DNA of 64,000 bases, taken from NCBI GenBank assembly GCA_031275815.1, contig JAISOF010000024.1:10254-74253 (forward strand), in the 5' to 3' direction. Both the position numbers and the translations under genes were made by a program. The first letter of the stretch is position 1, and every line of letters begins with the position of its first letter. Positions 47,509-61,555 of the stretch are shown one piece after another. Source of the DNA: Candidatus Nomurabacteria bacterium. GTDB lineage: Bacteria; Patescibacteriota; Saccharimonadia; Saccharimonadales; Saccharimonadaceae. The notes beneath the pieces are model-generated. The model worked only from the letters and a program-made list of their open reading frames with translations. It made no database searches and was not told the DNA's origin.

Positions 47509-48948
47509 TCAACACGCCAAAGCAAAAAAATCCCAAGGCACCACCACAGACTGCCCGTCGTTAGACACCGCAAGTGTTTGGCTGCAAATCGTAATTCCAT
47601 ACTTGCATTCTATTCGTTTCATTGTGTTAGAAACTTGTTTCGGGGATTTTTTACCTTTGCCTATCTCGATGGCGATAGAATCGGCACCCTTCTTCAAAAT
47701 GAAATCGGCGCCTTTCTCAGCACTATCATAAGACACTTCTCCACGACTTAAACTATTAAAATTTCGATAATAATGCAACCCCGCAATATCCTCCAGTAGC
47801 CGCCCTTCGCGAGTCGACATGGTCGCAGACGACCCCGCCATATGAAAAAACGCTGCCCTTATCACCGAACTAGAAAATAGGTACTTGGAGGGTTTTTTAA
47901 CAGAGTTGAAAGCCGAACCATGAGGCATTATACGTATCAAAAGTTCTGCCTTGGACAACGTCTCCAGTATATTTGCCACTGTCAAGTGGCTGACACCTAA
48001 CACTTCACCCAATTTATAATTACTAATCACATCGCTTTCCGCCAATACATAAAGTAAACGCTTAATTACCGGTATAATATCGAGACTAAACCTCCCTAAT
48101 GTAGGTATATCTTTTGAAATTACCTTGTCCACAGACGCCAAAACTGCCTCATAGACATCTCCCAACGTCCTTTCACTTAAAGCAAACGGCAAGCTCCCCG
48201 CCGCGACATAGTGAGTCCATTGACGCCTGTCAATTTTTGACCAATACCTATCGACACTGCCTTTTAGCGCCGCCAACCTCTTAAAGCATTCATCAGCAGT
48301 CCGGCTATTATATAAAGTGTCCAACAACTCCTTTTTCAACCCCCGCTCCGGATATATCGTATTGCATATCAGCTCATACTCGCAGAAATTCATGGGATAT
48401 AAGCATTCAACAACCGCTCTCCTGCCTGATATGTCTGCATCATCTTGCAGATGAACAGCCGAAGAGCCACTGCACATAATAAAGACCTTACTGGACCGCT
48501 CATTGAGCGCCTTCAAAACTGACGCCCAGTTCGGGTCACTCTGAACTTCATCAATCAACAAAATCACAGGTTTGTTGACCACCTCATAACTTTCTCCGAT
48601 GATTCTTTCGTACTCTGAAAGGAGCGTTTTCAGATCCGCACCTATCGTATCAACAGCCTCGTTAAGGGAGAAATATAATAAGTTTATATCTTCTCCGTAT
48701 CTATCTTGCAAATTATAATAAGTCTGAGCCAGAATAGTCGTCTTCCCCGTCCCACGCAAGCCGGGAATAATCACCCAGCGCTTGCCCGTCTTGCCTCTCA
48801 AAAAGTCGTTCACATACTGTTCAGTTTTGACAAATATTTGCCTGTAAGGATAAGGCTTGCCACGACCATCAATGACATATTTTTTCAGCCTAGCCCTGCC
48901 GAGCGCCATTTGTCGTTGTGTATAAATCAATAATTCATTTTCTTCCAT
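47509..48948 (-). CDS. AAA+ ATPase (AAA_14 plus DUF4143-like)
   Basis: Walker A is PGLRGTGKTT and Walker B is LLIDEVQ. Confidence 0.65.
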   Translation of the reverse strand: MEENELLIYTQRQMALGRARLKKYVIDGRGKPYPYRQIFVKTEQYVNDFLRGKTGKRWVIIPGLRGTGKTTILAQTYYNLQDRYGEDINLLYFSLNEAVDTIGADLKTLLSEYERIIGESYEVVNKPVILLIDEVQSDPNWASVLKALNERSSKVFIMCSGSSAVHLQDDADISGRRAVVECLYPMNFCEYELICNTIYPERGLKKELLDTLYNSRTADECFKRLAALKGSVDRYWSKIDRRQWTHYVAAGSLPFALSERTLGDVYEAVLASVDKVISKDIPTLGRFSLDIIPVIKRLLYVLAESDVISNYKLGEVLGVSHLTVANILETLSKAELLIRIMPHGSAFNSVKKPSKYLFSSSVIRAAFFHMAGSSATMSTREGRLLEDIAGLHYYRNFNSLSRGEVSYDSAEKGADFILKKGADSIAIEIGKGKKSPKQVSNTMKRIECKYGITICSQTLAVSNDGQSVVVPWDFFALAC

Positions 48949-48955
48949 ATCCTCT

Positions 48956-48961
48956 ATTATA
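48956..48961 (-). promoter_or_regulatory. -10 box TATAAT, 7 nt upstream of ATG 48948 (leaderless-type)
   Basis: The minus strand reads ggaaTATAATagaggatATGgaa. Confidence 0.5.
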
Positions 48962-49041
48962 TTCCAATATAACAGCAATGTCAAGTACTATTATACACTA
49001 ATATAACAGAAACATAAAAACTCCTGTACCAAAAAAGTTGC

Positions 49042-49070
49042 TTGACAATTATTCTGCTCATAGTTATAGT
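49042..49070 (+). promoter_or_regulatory. Sigma70-type promoter TTGACA-17-TATAGT for the 1314-codon gene
   Basis: Read directly. A ~50-nt leader follows, with a GGAGGAGGTG SD 5 nt before ATG 49120. Confidence 0.6.
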
Positions 49071-49119
49071 TAAGTCATCAATAACTAGTTAGGTTGGGTA
49101 AAGAATGGAGGAGGTGCCA

Positions 49120-53064
<3,945 letters not shown>

Positions 53065-53125
53065 AAATGGCTTTGCCAAAATAATGTTTGGGACACGCCG
53101 TCATTGATATTTTTGAGTTCTATTA

Positions 53126-53153
53126 TTTACATTCGTTTTTGGTGTGTTATACT
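53126..53153 (+). promoter_or_regulatory. Promoter TTTACA-16-TGtTATACT upstream of the Pmp-like adhesin gene
   Basis: Read directly. A 44-nt leader follows, with GAAAGG 8 nt before ATG 53198. Confidence 0.45.
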
Positions 53154-53209
53154 ACTAATAGTTAGTTAATGTTAGGTAAGAGAGAAAGGCAACACTAATG
53201 CGATTCGCC

Positions 53210-53248
53210 AGAGAGAGAGAGAGAGAAAGAAAGAAAGAGAAAGAAAGG
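53210..53248. repeat. (AG)8 followed by degenerate GAAA/AGAA purine repeats
   Basis: (AG)8 plus A spans 53210-53226. This is followed by aagaaagaaagagaaagaaagg. Confidence 0.9.
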
Positions 53249-53270
53249 ATTCAAACTTCTCATTTCGGCT

Positions 53271-56114
53271 GTGTCAATTATCTTAATCGGCTCCCTAGCT
53301 CTCGTTTTTTATCGCTCCCTCTCCCCCACCAACGCTGTCGCCAATACTCAATATTTTACCGTACAAAACTCCAGCCAACTCAGCAATGCGCTGAGCCACT
53401 CCAGTTGGAACACTGACACGGAATTGGTGGACATAACCATAACAGACGATTTCGACATGAAGACCTCCACCACTTCGGTTTACCTCTGCACCAACGTAGC
53501 CATTCACTCCAATGACACCGTTCACACCCTATTGAAACCCACCACATTTTCCAGCACCGCACTAATCGAAATACGGGCTTGTCCTCAATCCCCAACCGTC
53601 GAAACTCCGACACTGGCTTTAAGCGACATTATCATTGACGGGAACCGTGCCAACTTCCCCGACGGCAACCCATCAACCCTGATTCGATTGATTGGCGGCG
53701 GGGACTTAACTCTTGATGACGGTGCAGTTTTGCAAAATAATTACAACACTTCAGACAACTCATCAAACTACGGCGGTGCAATATCCATGCGCGAACAATC
53801 AACGGTACGCATGCTGGGCGGAATAATCCAAAATAACTATACCACCAACGCTAAAGGCGGCGGGGCAATTTATATGCGGTCAGGCAAAGGTGCATATTTT
53901 GGCAACAGAACACCCAATAATTGTGACCAACACTTTCTTATGAGTGGTGGGAAAATCTTGGATAACACAGCCACTACCTCAGGAGGTGCCATTTATTATG
54001 ACGCCTATGATTGTCAAGGAAACTCCGTTGAAATCTCAGGTACCGCCGAAATCAGCGGCAACACATCTCACCAAACAGACGACGGTTCCGGTGGCGCGAT
54101 TTTTGCCACCAACCGTTTTGCCACTGTACTTGTTTCCGGCGACGCCAAAATCACCGACAATCACGCGGACGGGGGTGGCGGTGGCATCGCCATGAACACC
54201 AACCGGCTCACAGCTTTTTATAAGTACACGAACGATTTGGAGGGCGATTGGGAACTGGATTCAAATTATCTATACAGCGAGCACCCCGATTTAACCACTG
54301 AAGCGCAAGTCGGTGACTATTGCTCCGCGAATCATTATGCCACTCCGCAAAGACAAATTCGCTACCAAAGAGTAGCGCCAGAGCCCTCCCCGTATTATTA
54401 CTATATCACCAACACCATACATTGCACCTCTAACAACAACTATCGTGGGTTCTATCTGAGTGCTCTCGTGTCGCTTGATGACGCTCCGGATTTCAACAGC
54501 ACGCCAACAAAAATCATTATCTCCCCCGATTTCACCTTATTGCAACATTACTACTATTCTGACGGCGTACTCGACACCAGTATCAATCATCCGCCATTTT
54601 CTGTATGCACCTATAACATAGCTGGTCGCGATAAGTTTCAATTTTCCTCCGCCTTATGTGATTACAATCCAGATATGGCACCGCTATTAACAGTCGCTCC
54701 CCTGTCCGCCGATCTGTTCCACTTTGACATTAGCGGCACAGAATACCTCTCCGACCAAGCCCAATACTTGGAAATATCCGGCAACGCCACCATTTCCAAC
54801 AACACAGCCGGCGGTATCGGCGGAGGAATCAGATTGAACGGCACCATTTTCAATATGACGGGCGGACACGTTGACCACAACACGACATACCACATTGATG
54901 GTGGGGGTGGCATTAAATTGAACTCGGACGGCGCAAAAATCAATATCACCGGTGGCACGATGAATCACAACCAATCTCCAAACGGCAGTGGCGGAGCTTT
55001 CTCCATCAGCAAAAATCAGACGGCGAACATTAGCGGCAACACTGAGCTTGTGGGAAACCGTTCCGGCGAAAACGGTGGAGCGATTGACGCTGATTCGGAC
55101 GACGGATGGATGGATTTGAACATCAGCGGTGATGTGGTGATGGCTGAAAATAAGGCCACGTTGAGCGGTGGCGCAATCTTTTATCAATCACCAAAAGGGG
55201 CTTTGGAGGTGTCCGGCCAAGTTCAATTCACCACCAACGACGCCTTGATGTCTGGGGGCGCGATTTACACAAATGCCGAGAACGCGACGACGCAAATCGG
55301 AGGCAGTGTTTCGTTTAACGGCAACACAGCGGGCTATGGTGGCGCCATTTCCGTTTCCAAACCAAACTCCACATTGACCATTACCGAAAATGTGGTTTTC
55401 AACGAAAACTTTGCTACAGTTCGTGGTGGCGCAATAAACATGAATGCAACCCATCAGACCTTTTATATCTCTGGCAATGTGCGCTTTCAGGGAAACAAGA
55501 CCAACGGTGACGGAGGCGGCGTATGGCTAGCGCACAAAGATCTGGCAAACTTAACCGTCGGTCCTGACGCCGTTTTTGTTGATAATACCGCCGCTACCCT
55601 TCGCTCAATTCAGCCAGAAGACCAAGCGACCTATAATGAGCACGTTTTCGCTACAGCATGGTCGAACTCTTTGCCTAATGGTTACAATAATTATGATATA
55701 GCCTATATCAATGGTACAGAAAAAATAGTAGTAACATTTGAAAGTAACGGAGGCTCAACAGTGCCAACGGTGGTCATTGACAAAGGCAGCGCCCTTGCCA
55801 AACCCTCCGACCCGACCCGTGACGGATACGTTTTTGGCGGTTGGCACTCTGACGTTGACTTGATTTCGCAATATGATTTCACAAAAATCCTCCTCCAAAA
55901 CACCATCCTATTCGCCAAATGGTTGCCCACATGCGCGTGGGATTCCACAATCACGTCAAACGACCCCACCTGCACAGAGCCCGCCATTCCCAACACCGGC
56001 CTGTTCGGCATGACCAGTAGCACCGCCGCTCTGTTGTTCAGTACGACCTCTGCTGGCGCGCTAATCACCGTCTTTCTTGTCAGATACAAATTAGCAAAAG
56101 CCAAGCGCCGGTGA
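53271..56114 (+). CDS. Surface adhesin-like protein: Pmp/beta-helix GGA(I/L/V) repeats, Listeria-Bacteroides-type repeat, C-terminal IPNTG sortase-type sorting signal; start uncertain
   Basis: More than 12 GGAI/GGGI motifs. Also has GYVFGGWHSD...NTILFAKW. The C-terminus is IPNTG plus a hydrophobic stretch plus RYKLAKAKRR. The tracked start at 53271 is a GTG. The SD-preceded ATG at 53198 is out of frame by one AG unit. Confidence 0.7.
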   Translation: MSIILIGSLALVFYRSLSPTNAVANTQYFTVQNSSQLSNALSHSSWNTDTELVDITITDDFDMKTSTTSVYLCTNVAIHSNDTVHTLLKPTTFSSTALIEIRACPQSPTVETPTLALSDIIIDGNRANFPDGNPSTLIRLIGGGDLTLDDGAVLQNNYNTSDNSSNYGGAISMREQSTVRMLGGIIQNNYTTNAKGGGAIYMRSGKGAYFGNRTPNNCDQHFLMSGGKILDNTATTSGGAIYYDAYDCQGNSVEISGTAEISGNTSHQTDDGSGGAIFATNRFATVLVSGDAKITDNHADGGGGGIAMNTNRLTAFYKYTNDLEGDWELDSNYLYSEHPDLTTEAQVGDYCSANHYATPQRQIRYQRVAPEPSPYYYYITNTIHCTSNNNYRGFYLSALVSLDDAPDFNSTPTKIIISPDFTLLQHYYYSDGVLDTSINHPPFSVCTYNIAGRDKFQFSSALCDYNPDMAPLLTVAPLSADLFHFDISGTEYLSDQAQYLEISGNATISNNTAGGIGGGIRLNGTIFNMTGGHVDHNTTYHIDGGGGIKLNSDGAKINITGGTMNHNQSPNGSGGAFSISKNQTANISGNTELVGNRSGENGGAIDADSDDGWMDLNISGDVVMAENKATLSGGAIFYQSPKGALEVSGQVQFTTNDALMSGGAIYTNAENATTQIGGSVSFNGNTAGYGGAISVSKPNSTLTITENVVFNENFATVRGGAINMNATHQTFYISGNVRFQGNKTNGDGGGVWLAHKDLANLTVGPDAVFVDNTAATLRSIQPEDQATYNEHVFATAWSNSLPNGYNNYDIAYINGTEKIVVTFESNGGSTVPTVVIDKGSALAKPSDPTRDGYVFGGWHSDVDLISQYDFTKILLQNTILFAKWLPTCAWDSTITSNDPTCTEPAIPNTGLFGMTSSTAALLFSTTSAGALITVFLVRYKLAKAKRR

Positions 56115-56154
56115 CGTTAAAAACTCAAAGCCCGCTCCCCGATTGCTCGAAAGT

Positions 56155-56901
56155 CTATCCCCCCTCAACCTCAAAAACCACCGCACAATGATCGGACAAC
56201 CCCTCAACCAAACGTATCGAAACAAACCTGTACTCCTTTGAAAGCAACAAATGGTCATAGGCAACGCCGTCCTCCGGAAAGGAAACGTAATCTTGAAAAT
56301 CTGTTGATTCTTGGTACTTGTTCGCCCAGATGTCTTGATGTTCCAATAGTTGCTCGCGAGTTATATTGAAGTCGCCAATTATGATTTGGCTGTCGGTGTG
56401 GCGCAACAACTCATCAAGTTGTTGATATGAATTATGATTGGTCGCAAGATGAACATTAGAGATTTTCAGCCCAGACGCCAACTCAATATTTTGCACAAGT
56501 CGCACATGAAAATCCGGACGACCGCGCTCATCCTTTGGGGCAGGCTTTAGCACAAGCCCCTCATAGCGCCTAGCCACCGATTTTGACAAAACCCCCATTC
56601 CGTCAGTCAAATAATCATCAATATGCTCAATGAGCCCTTTTTCCCATTTTTCCGCCGTAGCAGCCGAAAACTTGTCAAATGTGTATTTTTCCGACATGTT
56701 CGCATAAACATACGGATACGGCTTTTTGAGCATCAAGTTAATTCCATCCGCAAGGTTGCTCTTGTCGTCAAAAGTCACCTCTTGCAGGCACACAACGTCC
56801 GCGTCCTCCTGCGAAAGAAAACCCGCAATGTCCGCTATCCGCTTTTGATAGTTCCGACCAAAGTTGCTCCGACCGGCGATGTTTAGTGAAATTATTTTCA
56901 T
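56155..56901 (-). CDS. Endonuclease/exonuclease/phosphatase (EEP) family protein
   Basis: Has MKIISLNIAG, VVCLQEVTF, GDFN and SDHCAV. Confidence 0.75.
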   Translation of the reverse strand: MKIISLNIAGRSNFGRNYQKRIADIAGFLSQEDADVVCLQEVTFDDKSNLADGINLMLKKPYPYVYANMSEKYTFDKFSAATAEKWEKGLIEHIDDYLTDGMGVLSKSVARRYEGLVLKPAPKDERGRPDFHVRLVQNIELASGLKISNVHLATNHNSYQQLDELLRHTDSQIIIGDFNITREQLLEHQDIWANKYQESTDFQDYVSFPEDGVAYDHLLLSKEYRFVSIRLVEGLSDHCAVVFEVEGG

Positions 56902-56919
56902 GGTTTTAACTTATGGTGT

Positions 56920-57007
56920 TGGCGGAAGAGAGAGGATTCGAACCTCCGTTGAGTTGCCCCAAACACGATTTCGAGTCGTGCGCCTTCAACCACTCGGCCA
57001 CTCTTCC
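56920..57007 (-). tRNA. tRNA-Ser (anticodon CGA), CCA encoded
   Basis: The acceptor GGAAGAG pairs with CTCTTCC. The anticodon arm is CACGA-CTCGAAA-TCGTG. There is a long variable arm, and the T arm is GGAGG-TTCGAAT-CCTCT. Confidence 0.9.
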
Positions 57008-57066
57008 TTATATTAAGAAAGCCCTTTTCAAAAAGGTGTTCTTCCTTTCCAAAATCATTCATGCCC

Positions 57067-57093
57067 CTGAATTGGGAGTGAATCCCAATTCAG
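57067..57093. terminator. Perfect 11-bp hairpin (CTGAATTGGGA-gtgaa-TCCCAATTCAG) downstream of 57154..60483
   Basis: There is no U-tract, so the function is uncertain. Confidence 0.3.
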
Positions 57094-57153
57094 AAATGGT
57101 TGATGATTTCAATTGACATCATAGCATTTTTTCACCTGAATGTAAAATGCCGC

Positions 57154-60100
57154 TCATATATTCCCCACCGCTGTCACCATCACCATCCCAGAATAATCAC
57201 AATCCGGCACTGCGAGATTGACCTTCACTCCAAAATACAACTTCGTGACATCCCCCAATTTCGCGGCGGCGCTGGTCGACTTGACGTTGGTGATGGTCAT
57301 GGGAATCTCGTTCCACGAAGTGGGAGTTTCGTCGGAGATTTTATAACCCCACGTATTATCAGCCAAGCTAATGCCCGTCCCCGTCACCGAATTAATAAAC
57401 GCGCTGGGCGACAAGCAAACCAAGCGATTATCCGCCGTGCTGAGCCCCAAACGATAACCCAAAGGATTGTTGGTGGCGGTTGTCAAATCAATTGAACCAG
57501 AAACCGTGCCCGACGTTGAAGCGGCTTTAAGGCTGAGCGGATTAGGGCTGACATACAATGCAATAATCAAATCCTCAAAGCCAATATTTTGGTTGCTCAG
57601 ACCAACCCCCGTCAGCAAATTAATATCCTCCGCCGTGTTACCGTTGGTCACCATATTGGCTGGCGTGGCAACAGTAACACTATAAGTGCCACTGGACAAA
57701 TCAGAAAACCTATACGCGCCGTTCAAATCAGTAACAGTAGTCGCAACCGTTGCGTCGCCTTTCACCAAGCTTACTGTCAAACCAGACAGTCCAATATCAC
57801 CACCGTCAAAAACCCCAGAACCATTAACATCCTTGTAAACCGCCCCCGAAACGCTCGACTTTTTGAACACCGCCGACATAAGCGCCGAATTGGTAATCGT
57901 GCTAGTGAAGCTGGAGTCCAACACCGTGAGAGCATTGTTGATTGTCGCACCATTATCCGCCGTCATCTTCGTGAGCTTGAAAGAAACCTGAAGTGAGGTA
58001 TTGCTCGCCATTTGCGCCGTCGTCCACTTCAGCGCCGTCACCCCCGCCGGCAACTCGCAAGCCACGCAAGCCGCCACCCAAGTCACCGCACCGGTCGGGT
58101 CGTTCCGCACCGCCAGACTGGTCGTATAATAAAAGTTCGTTACTGCACCGGTCGCCGAAAGGCTACTTACTGTATAGCCCGTTATGCCGGTACTGCCATT
58201 TACATCACCGCTATACGGTAACACATCAATCGCCGTCAACCCCGTCACCACACTATTGGTGGTGTTGACGTGTGAAAAAGTGTAAACCTGTTCCATGCCG
58301 GGCTGAATGGTCGCCAGCGACTGCGACTGCACCACCGCAAAAGTTGCGGGCGGAGCCGCCACGTTGAAGGACACCGCCGCCGTGCGCATAGTCGTTTGGG
58401 CGAGGGCGGCGCTACTACTGGTATCCACCAGCGCCGTGATGGTAGCCGTCGTCGGCATCACCGCCGTGGGTGCCACATTTACATCAAAAGTCAGAGCATT
58501 CGTCTGCCCCGCCGCCAGAACTCCCAGATTAAACACCAAAGTCGTCGTGCCGTCACTGTTAATAGTCGTGGTCGGCTCCGTCACACCCACCCCACCAAAA
58601 CGTGCCGAACCGCTCACATAAGCCAAATCGGCCGACAGCGTGACCGTTTCAATCACAGTGGTCGTGGTGTTGACTGTGCTGGTCAGCGTCGGCAAAATGC
58701 TCACCGTTTGAGTTTCGCCCGCCAGCAAGCTGGATTTCGTCACGCTAATCTTGTTGGAGGACACCACGCTAGTGGCAATCATCCTAGCAGGATACGAGGA
58801 AGACACCCGATCAATATTATCCGCTCCCGCCGCCCAAAGTGCCTGAATGGGCGTCCCGTCCGTTAGCGCCGTGCCCACCACGCCATTGGGCGGCGACTTG
58901 ACATCAACCGAAAACCACGGTGAGTTGCCACTAGTAAACTGCTGTCCGTCCAAAACACCCGTCAACTTATATCGCACCGCATTGACCACCCCCGCATTTT
59001 GCGCCTCAGCCAGCGTGGCATACCAGCCGGGTGCCCCATCACCCGCCACGCCGCAAACCGTACTCACCGGCGGATTATTACTAAACACGCCGTATTCTAT
59101 GACTGAGGGCAACGCTTGCAAAACTGCTTGGCGGAAAAACCCCTCCTTCAAAAGCTCCAGACTATTCGGCCGCATCACCAAACAACCCCAAGGATTTTCC
59201 ACCACAAACCCCGTCGGCCCTGTTACCGACAAAGACACATTCAATCGGATATCTGTGCTGGGCAAAATTGGCTGTCCGTTAGCATAGCCATTTATCCAGC
59301 CGGGCAAATTGACATTTGGCGACAAGTTTTCGGTGGCTTGAAGAACATGCAGGTCGCCACCAAAACTTGGTTTAGACGACAAAGCGTAACTCTGACTGCC
59401 AATGACACTGGACGAAACAGGCCCGCCAGATAAAGTGGTCGCCACCAGTGGCGTGGCCGTCAACACCACGTTCGCCGGCGTGGTACTCAAACTAGCCAAC
59501 GGCACGTTAATATCCAACCGCACGTCGGCGTAAAAGGCCTCCGTCAACAGATAACCGGTTGAGCTTTTACTTGGGTATTTGGTGCCGCCAGTGTAACTGT
59601 CAGAAAACGTAATCGTCACGCTTTGCCCATCGACAGCTTTCACGCAACTCGTCGTGCCCGGACGGTAATAATTGCTCACGCCCGAACCGATGTAATTCGG
59701 GATAGCGGAGTTCCCGGTTGATACGCCAGCAGAACAACCCTTAATCGTCCAAGCACTAGGATCGGGAATACTAGCAGTGTTCACCGTAAAAGACATCGGC
59801 GAAGTCAACGGCTCCAGACCCAACACTCCGCCATCAACCAGCGGCGACTTCACCACAAACACCACCCCAATATTCAACCCAGTATCACCACCCGTCGCCG
59901 GCATCCGTGTGGGATAAGTATTATACGTCGCCACGTCATACTGGGCACGACTTGCCACCAGCGTCACCGCCGTCGGCACCACCGGCGAAACGCCCGCTGA
60001 ATCCGTAAAAGTCGGCTGCACCGTCGCCCCATTCGCCCCCAGCACCGTCGCCGACAGCCCCCAAGGTTTCACCTCGCCCGCATTTCCGCTCATCACGCAA

Positions 60101-60483
60101 GTCGCCACGTTCCCCGCTGTGTCAATTGACGATCCCGTCCCGCAGCCATTGATGGCATTGACAGTGGAAGCGTCCCACGTACTCAATTGATTAATCGTCG
60201 CCGTCACTGTCACCGTGCCACTGGTGGTGAAATTATAATTTGCCGTCCATTTCACCGTGTTGTTGGTCAGGACGTGTGTGGCGTCTTCGCCGATTTGCCC
60301 AGTGCCAACCTGTGTATCAGTCGCCGACACCAAACTTGCCACACCAGTATCCGCGGCCATCGCCTTCGGCAACGACCGGCGCCCCATCACAAACATCAGC
60401 CCGCCCACCAACAAAACCGCCGAAAAAACCACCAGCAATTTCGGAAAAATACGCTTATGTCCAAACGTCATAGCCGGTTTCAT
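57154..60483 (-). CDS. Large surface protein (Ig-fold/DUF11-like repeats, SdrD-B/Cna-B-type domain) with a Sec signal peptide and the shared C-terminal module
   Basis: The ATG at 60483 has an AGGAA SD 8 nt upstream. The signal peptide is MKPAMTFGHKRIFPKLLVVFSAVLLVGGLMFVMGRRSLPKAMA|AD. The Cna-B-like segment is VSGAVYKDVNGSGVFDGGDIGLSGLTVSL...GAYRFSDLSSGTYSV. The track ORF extends in frame to 60657 through the (TC)19 tract. Confidence 0.75.
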   Translation of the reverse strand: MKPAMTFGHKRIFPKLLVVFSAVLLVGGLMFVMGRRSLPKAMAADTGVASLVSATDTQVGTGQIGEDATHVLTNNTVKWTANYNFTTSGTVTVTATINQLSTWDASTVNAINGCGTGSSIDTAGNVATCVMSGNAGEVKPWGLSATVLGANGATVQPTFTDSAGVSPVVPTAVTLVASRAQYDVATYNTYPTRMPATGGDTGLNIGVVFVVKSPLVDGGVLGLEPLTSPMSFTVNTASIPDPSAWTIKGCSAGVSTGNSAIPNYIGSGVSNYYRPGTTSCVKAVDGQSVTITFSDSYTGGTKYPSKSSTGYLLTEAFYADVRLDINVPLASLSTTPANVVLTATPLVATTLSGGPVSSSVIGSQSYALSSKPSFGGDLHVLQATENLSPNVNLPGWINGYANGQPILPSTDIRLNVSLSVTGPTGFVVENPWGCLVMRPNSLELLKEGFFRQAVLQALPSVIEYGVFSNNPPVSTVCGVAGDGAPGWYATLAEAQNAGVVNAVRYKLTGVLDGQQFTSGNSPWFSVDVKSPPNGVVGTALTDGTPIQALWAAGADNIDRVSSSYPARMIATSVVSSNKISVTKSSLLAGETQTVSILPTLTSTVNTTTTVIETVTLSADLAYVSGSARFGGVGVTEPTTTINSDGTTTLVFNLGVLAAGQTNALTFDVNVAPTAVMPTTATITALVDTSSSAALAQTTMRTAAVSFNVAAPPATFAVVQSQSLATIQPGMEQVYTFSHVNTTNSVVTGLTAIDVLPYSGDVNGSTGITGYTVSSLSATGAVTNFYYTTSLAVRNDPTGAVTWVAACVACELPAGVTALKWTTAQMASNTSLQVSFKLTKMTADNGATINNALTVLDSSFTSTITNSALMSAVFKKSSVSGAVYKDVNGSGVFDGGDIGLSGLTVSLVKGDATVATTVTDLNGAYRFSDLSSGTYSVTVATPANMVTNGNTAEDINLLTGVGLSNQNIGFEDLIIALYVSPNPLSLKAASTSGTVSGSIDLTTATNNPLGYRLGLSTADNRLVCLSPSAFINSVTGTGISLADNTWGYKISDETPTSWNEIPMTITNVKSTSAAAKLGDVTKLYFGVKVNLAVPDCDYSGMVMVTAVGNI

Positions 60484-60532
60484 ATCAAGTTCCTGCTTTC
60501 GTCGCGAACCAGCCGGTGCAAAAATCGCAACC

Positions 60533-60575
<43 letters not shown>

Positions 60576-60648
60576 GGCGCACGCAAGCCAACACCGCCCT
60601 GCGCAAATCAAGACTCCTTCGCAACTTACTCTTCCATAACATAATTAG

Positions 60649-60678
60649 ATTATACATAACCAGTTAACTATTTGTCAA
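60649..60678 (-). promoter_or_regulatory. Consensus promoter TTGACA-18-TATAAT, 6 nt upstream of ATG 60642
   Basis: The minus strand reads TTGACAaatagttaactggttatgTATAATctaattATGttatgg. Confidence 0.6.
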
Positions 60679-60740
60679 CATATGAAACGTTTTATCACTC
60701 GCCCGATTAAAAATAACGCGCCAAAACCGGCGCGTCACTT

Positions 60741-61442
60741 TCATGAAAGGAGTTCCAAGCCCGCGATAAAAATCATCACGGGAAAAAAGCTGTCGAACCG
60801 ATCCAAAAACCCGCCCTGCGGCTGCAAAAAGTCCTCAATCGGGCCAATCAGCACTCCGCCCCAGTTGCGCAAAATCTCGCCGGAGTCCTTGACCCCCATC
60901 TGGCGTTTCATGGCGCTTTCATACAGGTCGCCAGCCGGCGCGATAATCGGCACCAAAAAGACTGCGGTCAAAACCGGCGCGTTCACCTCAAGCACTCCTG
61001 CCATTTCCAAGCCAATGGTCAACAAGCTGCCCATAACCACACCGGTCAGAATCCCGCCCAGCAGTCCGCCCACCGTCTTGTTCGGCGACACTCTGCCCAA
61101 AGCTCTCGGCAAATGTGGTGTCGGCAACAACTGCCCCACCACAAGCGCCATCACATCTTCGGCAAAAACCGTGAACAGCGCCGCAAAAAACACCAGCACG
61201 TCGCTTCTTGTCGGTACCCTGCTGACTGCAACTAGCATACTCAAAAATACCAACAAAGCCTGCCCCGCCCACAGCCAAAATGTTTTGCCGTTCTTGTTAG
61301 TCAGTATTGATGCCAGTTCAAGATAACACAAACTGCCTATCAACACCACAAAAACTTGCGCCATCACTGGACACGTCAACGACGCCACAAGCGCAAGAAA
61401 AATCACGACAAAAATACACACCCCGACAATTACTAGCTTCAA
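60741..61442 (-). CDS. cdsA: Phosphatidate cytidylyltransferase
   Basis: Has SPNKTVGG, ESAMKRQMGVKD and GGFLDRFDS. It has a TTG start with an AAAGGGGTGAG SD. Confidence 0.7.
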   Translation of the reverse strand: MKLVIVGVCIFVVIFLALVASLTCPVMAQVFVVLIGSLCYLELASILTNKNGKTFWLWAGQALLVFLSMLVAVSRVPTRSDVLVFFAALFTVFAEDVMALVVGQLLPTPHLPRALGRVSPNKTVGGLLGGILTGVVMGSLLTIGLEMAGVLEVNAPVLTAVFLVPIIAPAGDLYESAMKRQMGVKDSGEILRNWGGVLIGPIEDFLQPQGGFLDRFDSFFPVMIFIAGLELLS

Positions 61443-61555
61443 TCATCTCACCCCTTTCACTTTAATCTACAGGACGTTTTTCGCCACGCCCCTTGGCACT
61501 AGCGCACCATTATAGCGGCATTTTCGCAATTACACAAGCATAGCATTTTGTGATT

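Noticed and set aside
53198-53416. 72-aa ORF (MRFARERERERKKEKER...) as an independent small gene.
   Set aside because: It shares its start context with the 49120 gene and overlaps the adhesin frame. It is better explained as the out-of-phase reading of the adhesin start.
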